DNA of 60,838 nt, filler included, from Sphacelaria rigidula (GCA_964200075.2; 7 parts of 7 records of this genome joined end to end with filler, not necessarily neighbours in it), one strand, 5' to 3'; positions 1-12,405 are shown, counted from the whole stretch's first letter. Numbers and translations: made by a program. The notes: generated from the letters alone by a model not told the origin.

Positions 1-89
1 ATAAAGCCTAGGGATTGATTCGTCACGAGTTGACTCATCATACTAAAACCAAGTAATTTTCAGAGGAATCATCAGTTGTCCGACCCTTG
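1..89. mobile_element. Truncated end of a MITE with TIR CAAGGGTCGGAC (family of 11797-12058)
   Basis: The reverse complement of 1-89 matches 11797-11885 (CAAGGGTCGGAC...GAATCAATCCYTAGGCTTT). Confidence 0.6.
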
Positions 90-417
90 CAACAAAGCAC
101 ACATCACCCTCACGAGTGGGACAAAAGTGTGACTGAAGAGCTACAAGTTAGAAGGCGTCGGTGACGCTAGCAATTGAAACAAGATCTGAACACTTCCGTA
201 CACATTGCTACAGGAATAAAGCGCAGGCAAGGCGAATCGAGTCTTCTCCGTGTCGCAAGGCACATGATATCATTATACGTGCGCCTAGTAGAACTGCATA
301 GGTGGAACATGAGTCAGTCCCACATGAAATAACTGTGTTTAAATGCACGCGACAATATCACGCCATCATTTGGTGAGTCATGCAAAACGCAAAACCCACA
401 CGCAAGCACATGAATAC

Positions 418-2199
418 CTGACTTTTCGCACTTGATGCTGGCCACTTGCCAACAACGTCCATCAGAAGGCTTCCCACCTCCGCGCTTGCCTTGGCTCGCG
501 CGGCGGCCCTATTTGCTACGCCCGCCGCCGCCGCCACCGCCGCCTGCGGGGGCAACCGACGGAGTTTCGTGTCTACACTATTCAACACCGGACTAGAAGC
601 CACCCCACGGGTTCCACCCGCCACTCCGGCAGTACTCGCGCTCGTGCCCCGTCCTGCCGGATGCTCCTCGCCATTGACCTTTGCATCGGACAGGTTTTTC
701 CTTGCATCTCCGCCCTCCTCTGCGACCTGCATGGTCGCCTCTGGTATCTTGGGGCCGCCGTCCTGAGGGTCGTTGCCGCCAAGCCACTCACCGAGGGTAC
801 CCGCGTCCTGGTGATTTTGTTCTCCGACAATGAGAGGTCGTGCTCGAGGGCGGGGAGTCAAATCGCGCCTGCGGTATCTCAAAACCGACGCGCTGTTGCT
901 ACGACGGCGCGCCTCGGCGGAGGTCAAGCTTCTACGACCAACCCCGAGCCTGGAGTTGCGCGACGGCGTTCGACCGGCCACCAATGAAGTCGCCGCGAAA
1001 GACTTTCGGGCGGACGGGGGACGACGGGGTGCTGGGGTGGAGGGTGCAAAGGAGGCGTGCCCAACCTCATCATGCTCACTCAGACGATCGCGCCTGGGGT
1101 TGTCGTTGTCGTGCCAATCGGACCCGTCGGCTCTTCTTTTCTCGTAAGGGGACTCACCTCGCTCAGGCCCGAGGTCCGTTGGATGGAGCTGCGCCGCACC
1201 AGTGACTTCACCTTGTCCGGAGCCCTCCTCCGAGCGCACGCTGCGGGATACAGCGCCAAACGCCGAGCCACACATGCCGGGTGACTGCGATGGGCGTAAT
1301 GATGGCCTCATCGCGCGGGGCCCACGTCTCATAGAAGGCACGACGTCGAGTATACTCGGCCGCCCCCCGTTGTTCACGCCGTGCCCCACGGTTGTTTGCG
1401 GCGGTTTTGCCATGTGTGCAGTTAGATGCTCACGCGCCAGCTGGAGAAAGGGGTTCGATGCTAATATCAGCTCAACGTCCCACTTACTTGCTGAAGACGG
1501 GGTATTGAGCAGACGGGCCTCCTGCTCGGTGCTAAGGATGGGTAGAGACTCGTTCACCGGGTGTGACTCGGGATTCGCCAAGAATTTCATAACATCTTGC
1601 TTCTTATCGTACCCAACTTCTTTGAGGATGGCTCCAAATTCCTCCATGCCTGCTCTGGGATCTACGTTTTTCATGTCTACTTCCTCTACCCCAGGCCGGA
1701 TCATTCCAAGAGTTGGAGCAGGTACTGTTGCTGGTATTGGTGTGTCAGTGGGTGTCGGTGCCCGTGCTGGTACATCAGTGCCAACAGCGTCATCAGTGCT
1801 TGCACCAACAACACCAACAACACCACGACCAGCACAAGCGTCACGACCAGCACTGGCCGGAGCAGTCCCGCCTTGTGAAGCACCGCCATCTGGATCAGCC
1901 TCCTCCATGGCAACATCGTCCTCCTCACCGCCAGCGAATGCTCGAGACGCGTTGTCGCCAACATTTTGCCCTGTCGCAGAGCCTGTGGTTACCACAGCGG
2001 TCGGGCAGTCTGAGGACTCTGCACTGTCTTTTTCTGGCTGAGCCACGGAGGCAACAGCATCCGCGACAGCGGCGGGCACGGACGCGGATGTCATCTCGAA
2101 GGAAGGCGCTGATTCACCGCCTGAAGCTTCGGCATATTGCTCTTCATCGATCTCTGCATCCTCGTCACGCGAGGGTGCATCAGCAGGTACCACCGGTTC
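418..2199 (-). CDS. Exon C of the acidic/disordered gene (EPVVPADAPS...SSAKSQ); gene probably continues beyond the contig
   Basis: Acceptor TTTCCTGTCGGCAG| at 2200 and donor CAG|GTATTC at 417. 1782 bp, phase 0-0, inside the 669-aa ORF. Confidence 0.65.
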
Positions 2200-2555
2200 C
2201 TGCCGACAGGAAAGCGAGATGAGAACGAAAGTGAAGGAGATAGTCAGGAGCGAATACACGAAAATAAATACGGGCATGGGACTGGCACGCCTACACAGGG
2301 AAACGGAACACATTTGGCTTATACTATTCCAGGGGGCAACTCTCCTGAAAAACACGCTGGACATCAAGGAAACACCGGCGAATCGAGCTACGGTGGGTTA
2401 ATCAGGTCAAGCAAGCATAAGGAACGATATTATCGAAAGGCAGGGTATGATCAAGTGATTTACACATGGGTTATGTGTACGTGCGGTGCCACCAAATCCA
2501 AGGTCCAAACCTATTGTACTGTCGAATCCGTCCAGTATACACGAAGTACCAACTA

Positions 2556-3105
2556 CAGTAGTGGGCGGTCTAACTATCATTTTGAGGCATTTTGGTATTT
2601 CTTCGTAGTTGGCGATTTTCTTAGGCTCTTTCTGCTTGCCACTGCTTATCACATTGGGGATCTGAAGATATTTTTATCAGCTCCACATTCCAGGGGGAAA
2701 ACATCATCTGTACTCGATATTGAGTGACTTACCGGCTGACCTGACATCGGGGGTCCTGTGACGTTGCAGCCCAAATTCTTACTCTTCGGTGTTTTAGGTC
2801 GATTGAGCCTGTCCCGATCATATTTTTCAAAAGATGTACAGTTTCATTTCTTTTTTAATTCTGCCTACTCATTGCACTAGAGCCAAAAAACTGTGCTTCA
2901 CGGCCAATACCACCCTCCTGATGAACGGGGTATTTACTTGTTTCGCCCGATAACACCCACTAGCACTGACTTGGGCACTGTGTTTTGAGGATGATCTGTT
3001 CTTTGTACCAAAATATACCGACGCTAGCAATTTCGAATTCTATCGAAGAATAGTACGAGAGCAAAACTCCAAAACCCCGCTGAATAGTTGGACCGCCCAC
3101 TACTG
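2556..3105. mobile_element. 550-bp Tc1/mariner-like MITE, TIR CAGTAGTGGGCGGTCTAACTAT, TA TSD (intronic)
   Basis: TIRs at both ends, flanked by TA. A homologous full copy lies at 13880-14428. Confidence 0.88.
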
Positions 3106-3161
3106 TATGCAAAATTGAAGAAGCATGACCAGTACATATTGCAATCCAAATCGACACCCAC

Positions 3162-3869
3162 CTCCTCCGACGAATCAATGAGGTCAATTACAGCCTCCCC
3201 GCCACTGTAGCCGCCGGTACCAGCCGCGGCATCGTCACCGTCAACCTCATGCCCTTCACTTTCCTCCTCCTCCTCCTCTTCGTCATCATGGTTGTTGTAG
3301 TCATCATCAACCACGTCTTCTTCACCCTCCTCCATCTCATCTTGCTTGTCTTGAAGCATCTCATCCTCGTTCTCTTCATCGATTTCGGCCTCATTGTCTT
3401 CGTCAGATCCGTCTTCCTGGCTAAACTCCTCGTCACCCTCAACCATGTGATGCCCACCCGATGTGGCTTGCGCCTCCCTATCAACCTCCTCCTCATCCTC
3501 TTGATCCCTCCCGTCCTCCCCCTCTTCATAGTCAACCACCCCGTGCCCCTCTCGTCGCTGAAATTGTTCCTCCTCGCTAGCCCCGTGCTCATCGTCTTGG
3601 AGGTGAGGAATAGCTGCCGATTGGCTGTCCTGCAGTTGTGCGCCTTCCATTTCGTTCACATCGTCGTCTGACCTTGCGGAAACGTTTGCCAGCTCATCGG
3701 GTTCGTTTACAACTTGACCTTCTTCCACGTCAGTGTCGGGTTCGTCGCCGTCCCCCGAATCGACGATGGAAGCCGGCGCCGAGCCTTGCCCCGTGTCCAT
3801 TTCCTCATTATTTATAGGGTCACCTCCGTTGTCATCTCCGCCATCACCTTCACCGGCCTCGGCCTCCTC
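3162..3869 (-). CDS. Exon B of the acidic low-complexity gene (EEAEAGEG...IDLIDSSEE)
   Basis: Acceptor CTCTCGTAG| at 3870 and donor GAG|GTGGGT at 3161. 708 bp, phase 0-0, D/E-rich like exons A and C. Confidence 0.65.
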
Positions 3870-6112
3870 CTACGAGAGCGACGATACGAGTCATGGCGAG
3901 GGTAAAGCAGGACGAGTGTAACCTTTCGAACTCAGCAGAAAACCGGCATAAGTTAAAGCGTAAAACGCTGGTAGCATAGACCTATGTAGGTATTCCGAGG
4001 ATTTTGACATTCACTAGCAGTGGGGCCATAATATAAGTGTGGTGCGCTGAAGTCAGAATTAATCTTTTGCTTCGATGTTTTTCCCACTTCTGCTCTTTTG
4101 GTCGAACAGTCACCACAGATGGAACTAGGAACAGCACATGCAAGATAGTGAATGTGAGCCTGTACACGTGCGAAAACGACAGTGGACAGCGAACAAAACG
4201 AGGGGAAAATAGCTGCAAGTAACACTGATTTGAATGTTCCAACTAACGCACACGATCGTACACAGGTTGATTGACGCTTTCGAATCGAAATTCACTAATA
4301 AGCAAATACCTTTTGAGGTACCTTCCCAATTATCGAATGTATGGTATCACACTGACTGCTATGGACAATCGAAGACGGTGACATAGCCGGACCTTTGCTC
4401 AAGACGATAGGAGTGGCGCTATGCGCGAAAAAAAGGGTGAAAAGGTACCTCGACCAATCAGCGGTCGTGAAATTGCTTTGGTTTCAAAAATGCGAATTCC
4501 CAATCCATTCTTTACCGAATTTCCACATGCTTCACATTGTAGGCACAGTCATCAGTTCGGGAACCTAACAGAAGAGAAGCATATTTGAAGACGATTTCCA
4601 ATGGGTCGAATTAAACCAAAACCGTGGTATTTCGGTGATGTGGGGTTCTGGCGTCGGATTTTCACTGATATACCCATCAAGGACGCAGAAAACCTCCTAA
4701 CGGTTCTCCTTCCATCTGTCATGAAAAAGCTCCGACCGCTCTCGACCTTGGCAGCTCTTGTTGATACTCCAAAGGATGAATGAATAGTTGAAAACATTTC
4801 AAACTTTCTGCGCCTTCTACCGGCTTCTGAAGGTACCCGCGTGAAGACCCCCGGAAGTCGATACAGAATGCCCAAAATGTAAAAAATAAATAAACTATGC
4901 TCCCCGGCGTAGCCCAACGAGACATTTTGGCGTCGAAATCACCCGAAAAAATCGTTTCAATACTAAAACCAGTAATGAGGAGATTATACCTTCCAAGCTC
5001 CACTGTGTCGCACACAGTCCAAATGTTCATATCATTTCTTGTAGTTAGACGCTGATCATTAGCACACAGACGCTCTGGGGCAGTTCAGAACTTCTCAAGC
5101 GTGGGGTTTTCTATTTGTTTTTTTCGTCGGATTTCGGAGGTCCAAGGATGGCATGATATACCCCAGGACCTTGGAACCTCCAACAACCGGCTGACATAAA
5201 CAAACAACATTCCCTATAAGTTTTGAAATGCTCCATAGTGTATGTGTGCAAACTTTGCGGATGAGTAAACTTGGGTCGAAAGCGTGAACCAGCGTGTAAG
5301 ACGTGTCTTTTAAAATGATCACTGATATATAATGTGGAGAGTAGCTGTCATGTATTGACAACGAAATGCTTTACAAACAGGCACCGAGCCCGCCACTTTT
5401 ATTTTTACCCTGCTACTGGACGAGAAGTTCTCCGCCGATTCGAAACCAATTCGACGCAATCACGTACAAATAAAGCCGTCGCGTGTGGGGACCCCTGGAT
5501 TTGACGACATTGTTTCACATGTCCAGATGGTCTCGTCGCCGGGCTTCACGACCCCAAGATGGGCTAGCCCTGATTGAAAGAGGGTGCACCTTACAACAGT
5601 AAAAAAACGAAACAACAGAGCAGTAACGCCAGGGGGTGGCACCATGTTTTATCGCGTCGCCATAGCTGCTACTATGCGCACTCTCTGGACTATCCTTGGA
5701 GTGATCTACGAGTCGGGGGCGATGGTGTCAAAAACCTGCGCTGCTTCGAATAACAACAGGCGCGGTGATACCGCCCTCAGGAAACATGTCGAATATCGAT
5801 AGCCTCTACGAAGCGCCAACACGGGAAAAACAGTGGACTCAGAGGGCCCGAAATGCGACAGATCAGAGTTAGATCTGTGAAAATCTGGCAACCCAACCAT
5901 TTTAGCCTAACGGGGATTGATGACCTCAAAACATACGGTGTGTTCATACTTGAGGGTGACGTTCGCACATAGAGGGGAGCTGCTCAGCCACAGCAACGGT
6001 CGTTACCGGTGTCGAAGATCAGCTATCGATGCTGTTCCAGAAATGATCTCGTGCTCAAAGGGGGAACTATTGCCGTCGTTCACTTGATACTCTTATCGCT
6101 TCACCCATGTAC

Positions 6113-6924
6113 AGTAGCAACGGAGGAAGAGAGCCAGCACCATGATGGGCAGCAGTGAAGAGCGCCAGTGCGCCGGTAGAGGGGCTACTTGCGGGGCATG
6201 AGCAACTCCAACGAGAGCCGATTGCGAAGCAATATCACACGAGGGGACCAGATGCAGAAGCACAGCAACTTCGTCGAGGCAGCTAGTGCTGAGATGCTCA
6301 CGGAGGAGGTGTAGGAAGAGCAGTTCAAACTTTTGACGAAAGATGGGGTGGAAAGCGACGTTGAGAAAAATAAGCAAAATCGTAATCGTTCAGCGGCGAG
6401 CATGAGGTGAGCAGGGGCGCATGAGGCAAGCCAAGAGAATGCACCATCAGCTAGCGGCGAAAACGAGGTGGGGACGACAGTTTAGAAAACCACCAGTGGT
6501 GCGAGCTCAGTACCTGAGGTAACCGCCGGTACTGAGCATATTCCACGGGTGATTTTCTACACTGGGCCCCAACTCATTTTCGTCGCTGACCGACGATGCA
6601 TCCTCTGGATCTACTCCATGCGCTCCCACCCACCTCATATCGCTGCTCACCGATTGCACGTTTACTTCATTTTCCTCAACGTCCCTCTCCACCCTGTCCT
6701 CTCCCTCAGTTATACCTGCTTTCCTGCACGTCATCCATAAGCATCTCAGCACCAATTGCCTCGATGACATATGGTGCTTCTGCGTCCAGTCCCCTGGTGT
6801 GATATTGCATCGCAATTGGCTCTCGCTCGTGCTGCTCATGCCCGGCAAGTAGCCCCTTCACCGGCGCCGCTGGCGCCCCTCGGTGCTGCTCATCGTTGTG
6901 CCGACCCTCTTTCTGTACTGCGAC
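6113..6924. repeat. Long imperfect inverted repeat (~400-bp arms, 13-nt loop), intronic
   Basis: GCTCAGTACC(6505-6514)-loop-GGTACTGAGC(6528-6537). The arms align throughout, e.g. GGGGCTACTTGC.GGGCATGAGCA...GCAATATCACAC.AGGGGAC on both strands. Confidence 0.9.
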
Positions 6925-6936
6925 TTCCTGGCTTAC

Positions 6937-8606
6937 CATCAAAACGTCTTGAGCTCCTTGCACACCAGAGGCGATGCCAGCTCCTTCCTCCGCGGGCGGG
7001 GCAACATCAACCGGGGCAAGGTCGGGGGAAGGAGGGGTGTTGCCGTCAACGTTCTCCATACCCATATCCATGGCTGCGTCATCACTATCCAAAGGGAAAC
7101 TATACTGCGAAATGAGCGCAGGGGCTCCCGGCGCGCCAGTATCTTCTATTTGGGGCTGCGGCGCAACATCGGCGGCGGCGGCGACCGCGGCGGGTCCTGC
7201 TCCGTTGTTCGCGGTGATAGGTTCTGCTTCGCTGTCGGCCGCGGCAACTTCTGCTTCGGTATCCGCGGACATGGGCTCCGCCTCGCTGTCAGCTGCGGCA
7301 GGCCCTGCTTCACTGCTATGTGTAGCGGGTCCTGCTTCGTTGGAGGCGGCGGCGTGCCCTGCTTCGCTGCCAGCTGCGGTGGGTTCAGCTTCGTTGTCCA
7401 CAGACATGGGTTCTGCTTCGTTGGCGACGGTAGAGGGTGCTGCTTCGCTATCAGCTGAGGCGGGTTCCTCTTCGTTATGCGCAGACATGGGCTCTGCTTC
7501 ACTTTCAGCTACGGCGAATTCCGCTTCGTTGTCCGCGGACACGGGCTCTTCGGGTTCTGATTCGTCCCCGGCGGCAGCGGGCCCCGCTTCGCTGTAAGCT
7601 TCGGCGGGTACCGCCTCGTTGCCCGCGGACATGGCTGCTTCGTCCCTGACGGCAGCGGGCCCCGCTTCGCTATAAGCTGCAGCGGGTACCGTCTCGTTGC
7701 CCGCGGACACAGACTTTGCTCCGCCGTCAGCTGCAGCGGCTTCTGCTTCGTTGACGGCGGCTGCAGGCTCCGCTTCGCTGTCAGCCGCGGTGGGTTCCGC
7801 TTCGTTGTTCGCGGCAGCGGGTTCTGCTTCGCTGTCAGCTGCGGCGGGTTCCACTTCGTTATCCGCAGACACGAGCTCTGCTTCTTTATCCCCAGCAGCG
7901 GGCCATGCTTCGCCGTCAGCCACGTCAGCTGCTGCGGATTCAATTTCGCTGCCTTGGTCATTTTCCGGCACCCCCTCATCCTGACCGTCCTTTTCATCTT
8001 CATCGTCCACCTCTTCTTCCTCGACAACCTCCATGCTTCCTTCACCCGGCTCGTCATCACCGTCGTCACTCCCCCCATCAGCACCGCCACTGTTGCCCCC
8101 ACTGTCGCCACTTCCAGGACCGTCAGCACCCTGACCTTCTCGATCCTCATCTCCAGAACCACCCCCCCCTCCGGTGCCCTTACCCTTACCATCGGCCGTG
8201 GTCTCTGAGTTGTCCTCACTCGGCTGACCAGATTGCCCGTCCATGCCGCCGGAGTGGTGACCTCCTGCAGGTGCCTCGCCATCTTCCTGAGGCCCAACAC
8301 TCACGTCGTCTTCAGAGGCTGTATCAACGTTCGCCATCACTGATGGCCGAGGGGGACGTGCCGCCTTGCCGGTCACAGCGCCAGCTTCCTGCTCCATCAC
8401 TTCACCACCCAAGTCCACGTCAGAATCTTCAGCCATTTCAACGTCGCGTGGAGGTGACGTGGCCTCAGGCTGTGGGTGACCTGCAGGTGCCTCGCCATCT
8501 TCCTGAGGCTCAACACTCGCGTCGTCTTCAGAGGCTGTATCAACGTTCGCCATCACTGATGGCCGAGGGGGACGTGCCGCCTTGCCGGTCACAGCGCCAG
8601 CTTCCT
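6937..8606 (-). CDS. Exon A (5'-truncated) of a large acidic, low-complexity protein of unknown function
   Basis: Open frame from the contig end, rich in E/D/A/G. Strong donor ATG|GTAAGC at 6936, phase 0, compatible with exon B. Confidence 0.6.
7180..7900 (-). repeat. Coding 27-bp minisatellite (9-aa unit ~AADSEAEPA)
   Basis: Repeated GCTTCG(C/T)TGTC...GCGG units; the translation repeats xADSEAEPx/xADNEAEPx. Boundaries approximate. Confidence 0.8.
8266..8606 (-). repeat. Coding 216-bp (72-aa period) tandem duplication at the contig end
   Basis: 8266-8390 is nearly identical to 8480-8606 (AVTGKAARPPRPSVMANVDTASEDD...DGEAPAG). Confidence 0.9.
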
Positions 8607-8706
8607 NNNNNNNNNNNNNNNNNNNNNNNNNNNNNNNNNNNNNNNNNNNNTTAATTAATTAANNNNNNNNNNNNNNNNNNNNNNNNNNNNNNNNNNNNNN
8701 NNNNNN
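8607..8706. other. Artificial contig linker (N44-TTAATTAATTAA-N44)
   Basis: Identical 100-bp spacer with six-frame stops. It recurs at 17313-17412, 26019-26118, 34724-34823, 43429-43528 and 52134-52233, and the flanking contigs are all 8605-8606 bp (size-sorted). Confidence 0.98.
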
Positions 8707-9102
8707 GCACCGCGGGGAATTGCCGCGGTTTGTGCGGATTGTTCCACGGAGGGGGGCAATCCGCTCCGTGAAAAAATCCATGCCACGGATATCCGCTCCG
8801 CAATAATCCGTGACATTTTCATTGGCGGATATCCGCCCCGTGAAAATCCGTGAGTTTTCCCACTGACGGATATCCGCTCCGCTCCGCTCCGTACCATATA
8901 AAAAAAATCCGCACCGCACCGTGACATTTTCGTTGGCGGATATCCGCTCCGCAATAATCCGTGACATTTTCAGTGGCGGATATCCGCACCGTCATAATCC
9001 GTGATTTTCCACACATACGGATATCCGCTCCGCTCCGCTCCGTGAGGTTTCGAAAAAAAAAATCCGCACCGCGGAGCGGATTGTCCTCCGTACACATCCC
9101 TG
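8707..9102. mobile_element. End of a hAT-like element with subterminal CGGATATCCG/ATCCG repeats
   Basis: Terminus ACACATCCCTG (reverse complement CAGGGATGTGT, Ac-like). The same CGGATATCCG motifs occur in the hAT at 43865-44902. Confidence 0.65.
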
Positions 9103-9376
9103 AAAAATTTGGGCCAATTCTTTCTCGTTGATTAAACCTCATGTCTAATAATTCCTATACCGTACGGAAATAGCGTGCACACTAAAATCTATATGAAACC
9201 CCGAAGGATGCATCCAGCAGATGATGACGATTTTTTGTGTGGACCTTCCCTGGAGGACGGGGAGACGATAGATACCCTCAGCTTCACCTAGTTCGAACTC
9301 TATTCCGAGATATGGCGCACATAAGTTTCCATACAAAAATCCATATATTACAAGCAGAGGCACTAGACGCCCTCAA

Positions 9377-10391
9377 CCCTTTTGGGACCGGACCCCCACT
9401 AACACAAAAACTAAGTCTTCGAGCGACCTACCCAATCACAGCGAGGCGAAAATTATCGACCAGACCCGAACGACTAGCGCGGGGATTGTTGTCGGATATG
9501 ATGCCACTGCAAAGATCGTGTGGGGCCCTATCCCTGGCCCAGATAAGCCTTCCCAGGTTTCCAAGTGCAGGGCGGTCGCAGCTTGGTTTTGTGGTATTAT
9601 TTGCAGTAAGGATACCGTCCCCGAGTTTTTCCGGAGCGTTTTTTGGGTCCCAGATCTATACTGAAACGTAGTTATTTACGCTAACACAGGGTGGCCCGGA
9701 AAAACCCGGGAAGGAGTGTACATGCTACCATGTGGTCATTTTCACCACGCCCTAAAACCAGGTGGGCTGTGGAAAAACAAGAGGATCTACTGTCATGAGT
9801 TCTGCTTATCCCTCTGGCGATGACTTGCAGGGTGCAGTGAACAACTACGTGGTGGATGGGGATCAAGAAGCTGTATATAGGCAGTTGATCACGGTAGCCG
9901 AAAACTGCCCAGAACGTGCAAGGGTGTATGCAGCGGCAGCTGCTGCTTCAGTCGGAGAGGGGTACTACACTGTACTGTATACTATACTGTTGTATGCATG
10001 AGCGCTGCAACGTTGATTCCCTTCGAAGAGAATTTGCCGCATGCAACAAGGGGGGAAATGGCGGCCCACCCCGACAACAAAGGGCTGTGTGGCAAGGTGA
10101 TGGGGACAATAGTATCATCCAAAGCCACAAGTGGCGGGCGGCCCGCCGGTCGCCGCACCTTTTTGGAAGCTAGCTCTCTACCAGGACTCATACTGCTTGC
10201 CACATCAGATGTACACCACCTAATGCACACCCTGTACCTGAAAATAGTTCGGATTAAACTTTCGGTCTTCGTCATAGCCCTGCGGTTACATACGCGGATT
10301 TTCAGCAACAGGCCACTGTTTTGTGCAGACGCCAGATACGTCATTCCTGACCAGCCTACTTGGTCGTTCTGGAGGCCCGGTCCCAAAAGGG
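9377..10391. mobile_element. Non-autonomous piggyBac-like element (TIR CCCTTTTGGGACCGG)
   Basis: CCC...GGG termini flanked by TCAA/TTAA. Homologous inverted copy at 44910-45803. Confidence 0.8.
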
Positions 10392-10514
10392 TTAAGAAAA
10401 AGGAAACGTCTTCGCGGGGTTGTGCAACATCAATATTTTGCGTGGGAGAACAACCCCGACATGGAAAAAAAGAAAGAACGGAAACAATAAAAAAAGTTAA
10501 AACGCTCTCACTTG

Positions 10515-10625
10515 CTGTGTTGCTACTAGTACTGCTGCTGCTACTACTACTAGTACTAGTAGTAGTAGTACTACTACCACCACCACCACCACCACCACCA
10601 CCACCAAGAACAACTACGACGACGA
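10515..10625. repeat. Compound trinucleotide microsatellite (CTG/CTA/GTA/CCA)
   Basis: Read directly from the sequence. Confidence 0.9.
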
Positions 10626-10673
10626 CACTCTAAACCATGCCTATCCACCGTACATCGTCTGCACCGTGCGCAC

Positions 10674-10766
10674 CTGTGGCCCCTCCAGTCGTGTGACGAG
10701 GTGGCCTTCAACCGTCCAGATGTAGATGCTGCACCTAGCCTCAGCACGACTGCCCCCGGCGATGTA
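10674..10766 (-). CDS. RBBP5: RBBP5/Swd1 exon (YIAGGSRAEARCSIYIWTVEGHLVTRLEGPQ)
   Basis: CCAG| acceptor, CAG|GTGCGC donor, 93 bp, phase 0-0. Matches 'YIVAGSARQHALYIWEKSIGNLVKILHG'. Confidence 0.88.
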
Positions 10767-11461
10767 CTGGTTCAAATGTTCGTTTCATCCGATGCCGTCA
10801 AATAGGGTCACGCCGCCGGGCAAAAGAAAACAACGCAGCGGGGGAGAGGGGGAGGGCGGAGGGGGTATTTTCGGACGCTTTGGGCAACTCTGGTAACTTG
10901 ATTCTTTCTGGGCATGTCGGACCACCCCCATGGGACAAAAAAAAATGCAGCAGGAGAGGACGGGGGAGGGGGGATTTCTCAGACGTGTTCGACAACTCTG
11001 GTAACTTCATATCTTCTGAGCATGCTGAACCACCCCAATTACGAGTCAACAATACGGCAATGTCGTGACGTTGGTAGAACTTCATTTTCAGCACTGTTTT
11101 CGTGTAGTTCAAAATTGGATTTACGGAGACGGGAAATATTGAGTGCAACGCCTATACCCCTTGACCGCCCAGGGGAGGTGATGAACTGAATCGGCAATTT
11201 TTTTACTTGAAAAATGATCGTTGAAGAACTTGAAAAATGACAGATTGGGACTCAAGAACCTCGTCTACTGGCAGTCACAACGTTAATCCTGTCGAGGGAT
11301 CATTGACAACCCACGGCAGGAAGAATAAACATGAGAAGGTTTTTCCAAACAAATCCCAGGGCGTGAAACGACGGGAAGAGGAACATTTCTTGTGTTTGGC
11401 GTAAGCTCTATCGCTCATACTTTCCCTCCTAGATAGATGCATGTGCTTCAGTATCCAAACA

Positions 11462-11716
11462 GAGTGATGCCATGGTAGGGGTTGCACTTTTTTTAGCGAA
11501 AATGTTTCTCGAGGTGTTGGAAGGACCATTTTGAGAATCGGCATCATTTTCACTCGAAAAAGACTGAAATTGATACTGATTCACGGAACGGCCTCTGCGT
11601 GCATCTCCATGTCCGGTCCCCGAAGATTTGGGTTGCACAGTAAGCCCCATATATCTGGGCATCTACGAAAAAGAGACCCAGAGACAAAAAGTGCAACCCC
11701 TATCGTAGCATTGCTC
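11462..11716. mobile_element. ~255-bp MITE, GAG...CTC termini (Sola-like family)
   Basis: TIR ATGC...TAGGGGTTGCACTTTTT. Inverted homolog at 36168-36421. The TSD is not conserved in this copy. Confidence 0.75.
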
Positions 11717-11796
11717 AGTAGTCAGCTCGGGCATACTGTGTCCAGCTGTTTGATCCCACGCCAAAACAAAGGAAGGCCAACAAGTAGCGATACCTG

Positions 11797-12058
11797 CAAG
11801 GGTCGGACGAATGAATGATTCGTCTGGAAATTACTCGATTATAGTGTGAATGATTCGTACCGTACGAATCAATCCTTAGGCTTTGTTTTCAGCGTTGCAA
11901 CCCAGGTACGCACAGCCCAGGCACGTGGAATGGAGCAAAGATTGCGTGGGGACCTTCTTGATCTGCGGTCGACTTTTTTGTTTCTCTCTTTCAAGCAACC
12001 AGGCCCGAAATACCGCGGATTTGGTGATTCGAGCCGGCGATGATTCGTCCGAACCGTG
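11797..12058. mobile_element. ~260-bp MITE, TIR CAMGGKTCGGACGAAT (possibly hAT)
   Basis: Imperfect TIRs, a degenerate 8-bp flank similarity (GATACCTG/AACACTTG) and a partial copy at 1-89. Confidence 0.6.
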
Positions 12059-12217
12059 AACACTTGCAACAAGTAACACTTGTTAGCGCGAACTAAAGGC
12101 CGACCTCTCCTCATCTTCGAGGATTGAATGTCTCAACTCCTGGTTTTCTGAGATATTTGACTGCTCATGCATTCAAGTTGCCTCTGTGTTCTGTTTTGAA
12201 AAAACGACAAACGTTAC

Positions 12218-12290
12218 CTCTGAGTCTCCGGTGAACCGGCAGCATTGCCACCGTGTCCTGTTGACGACATCTTGAAACTCTCGGACGGAC
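12218..12290 (-). CDS. RBBP5: RBBP5/Swd1 exon (SVREFQDVVNRTRWQCCRFTGDSE)
   Basis: CAG| acceptor, GAG|GTAACG donor, phase 2-0. Matches the signature 'KLQDLVNRTPWKKCCFSGDGE'. Confidence 0.9.
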
Positions 12291-12405
12291 CTGGGTGGGA
12301 ACAAGAAATCGGCGTGGGCGGGTGCGTGGGGTCGTCGAAGGGAATCAAAGTGGCAAACTCGAACACATCCTGATCTAAATTGCGTGAACGTATCGTATTG
12401 TATAA

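Noticed and set aside
446-8654. Plus-strand and alternative-frame ORFs overlapping the acidic gene (e.g. 1202-2041, 6974-7597, 7905-8654)
   Set aside because: These are antisense or frame shadows of GC-rich, low-complexity coding sequence.
8750-9090. Short-repeat array and the ORFs over it (8655-9142)
   Set aside because: These are hAT subterminal repeats. The ORFs are repeat translations, and some run into N linkers.
9150-9252. Possible next RBBP5 exon (GRSTQKIVIICWMHP)
   Set aside because: Poor match to the expected 'LLDVAWHPVRPIIAS' and no convincing donor.
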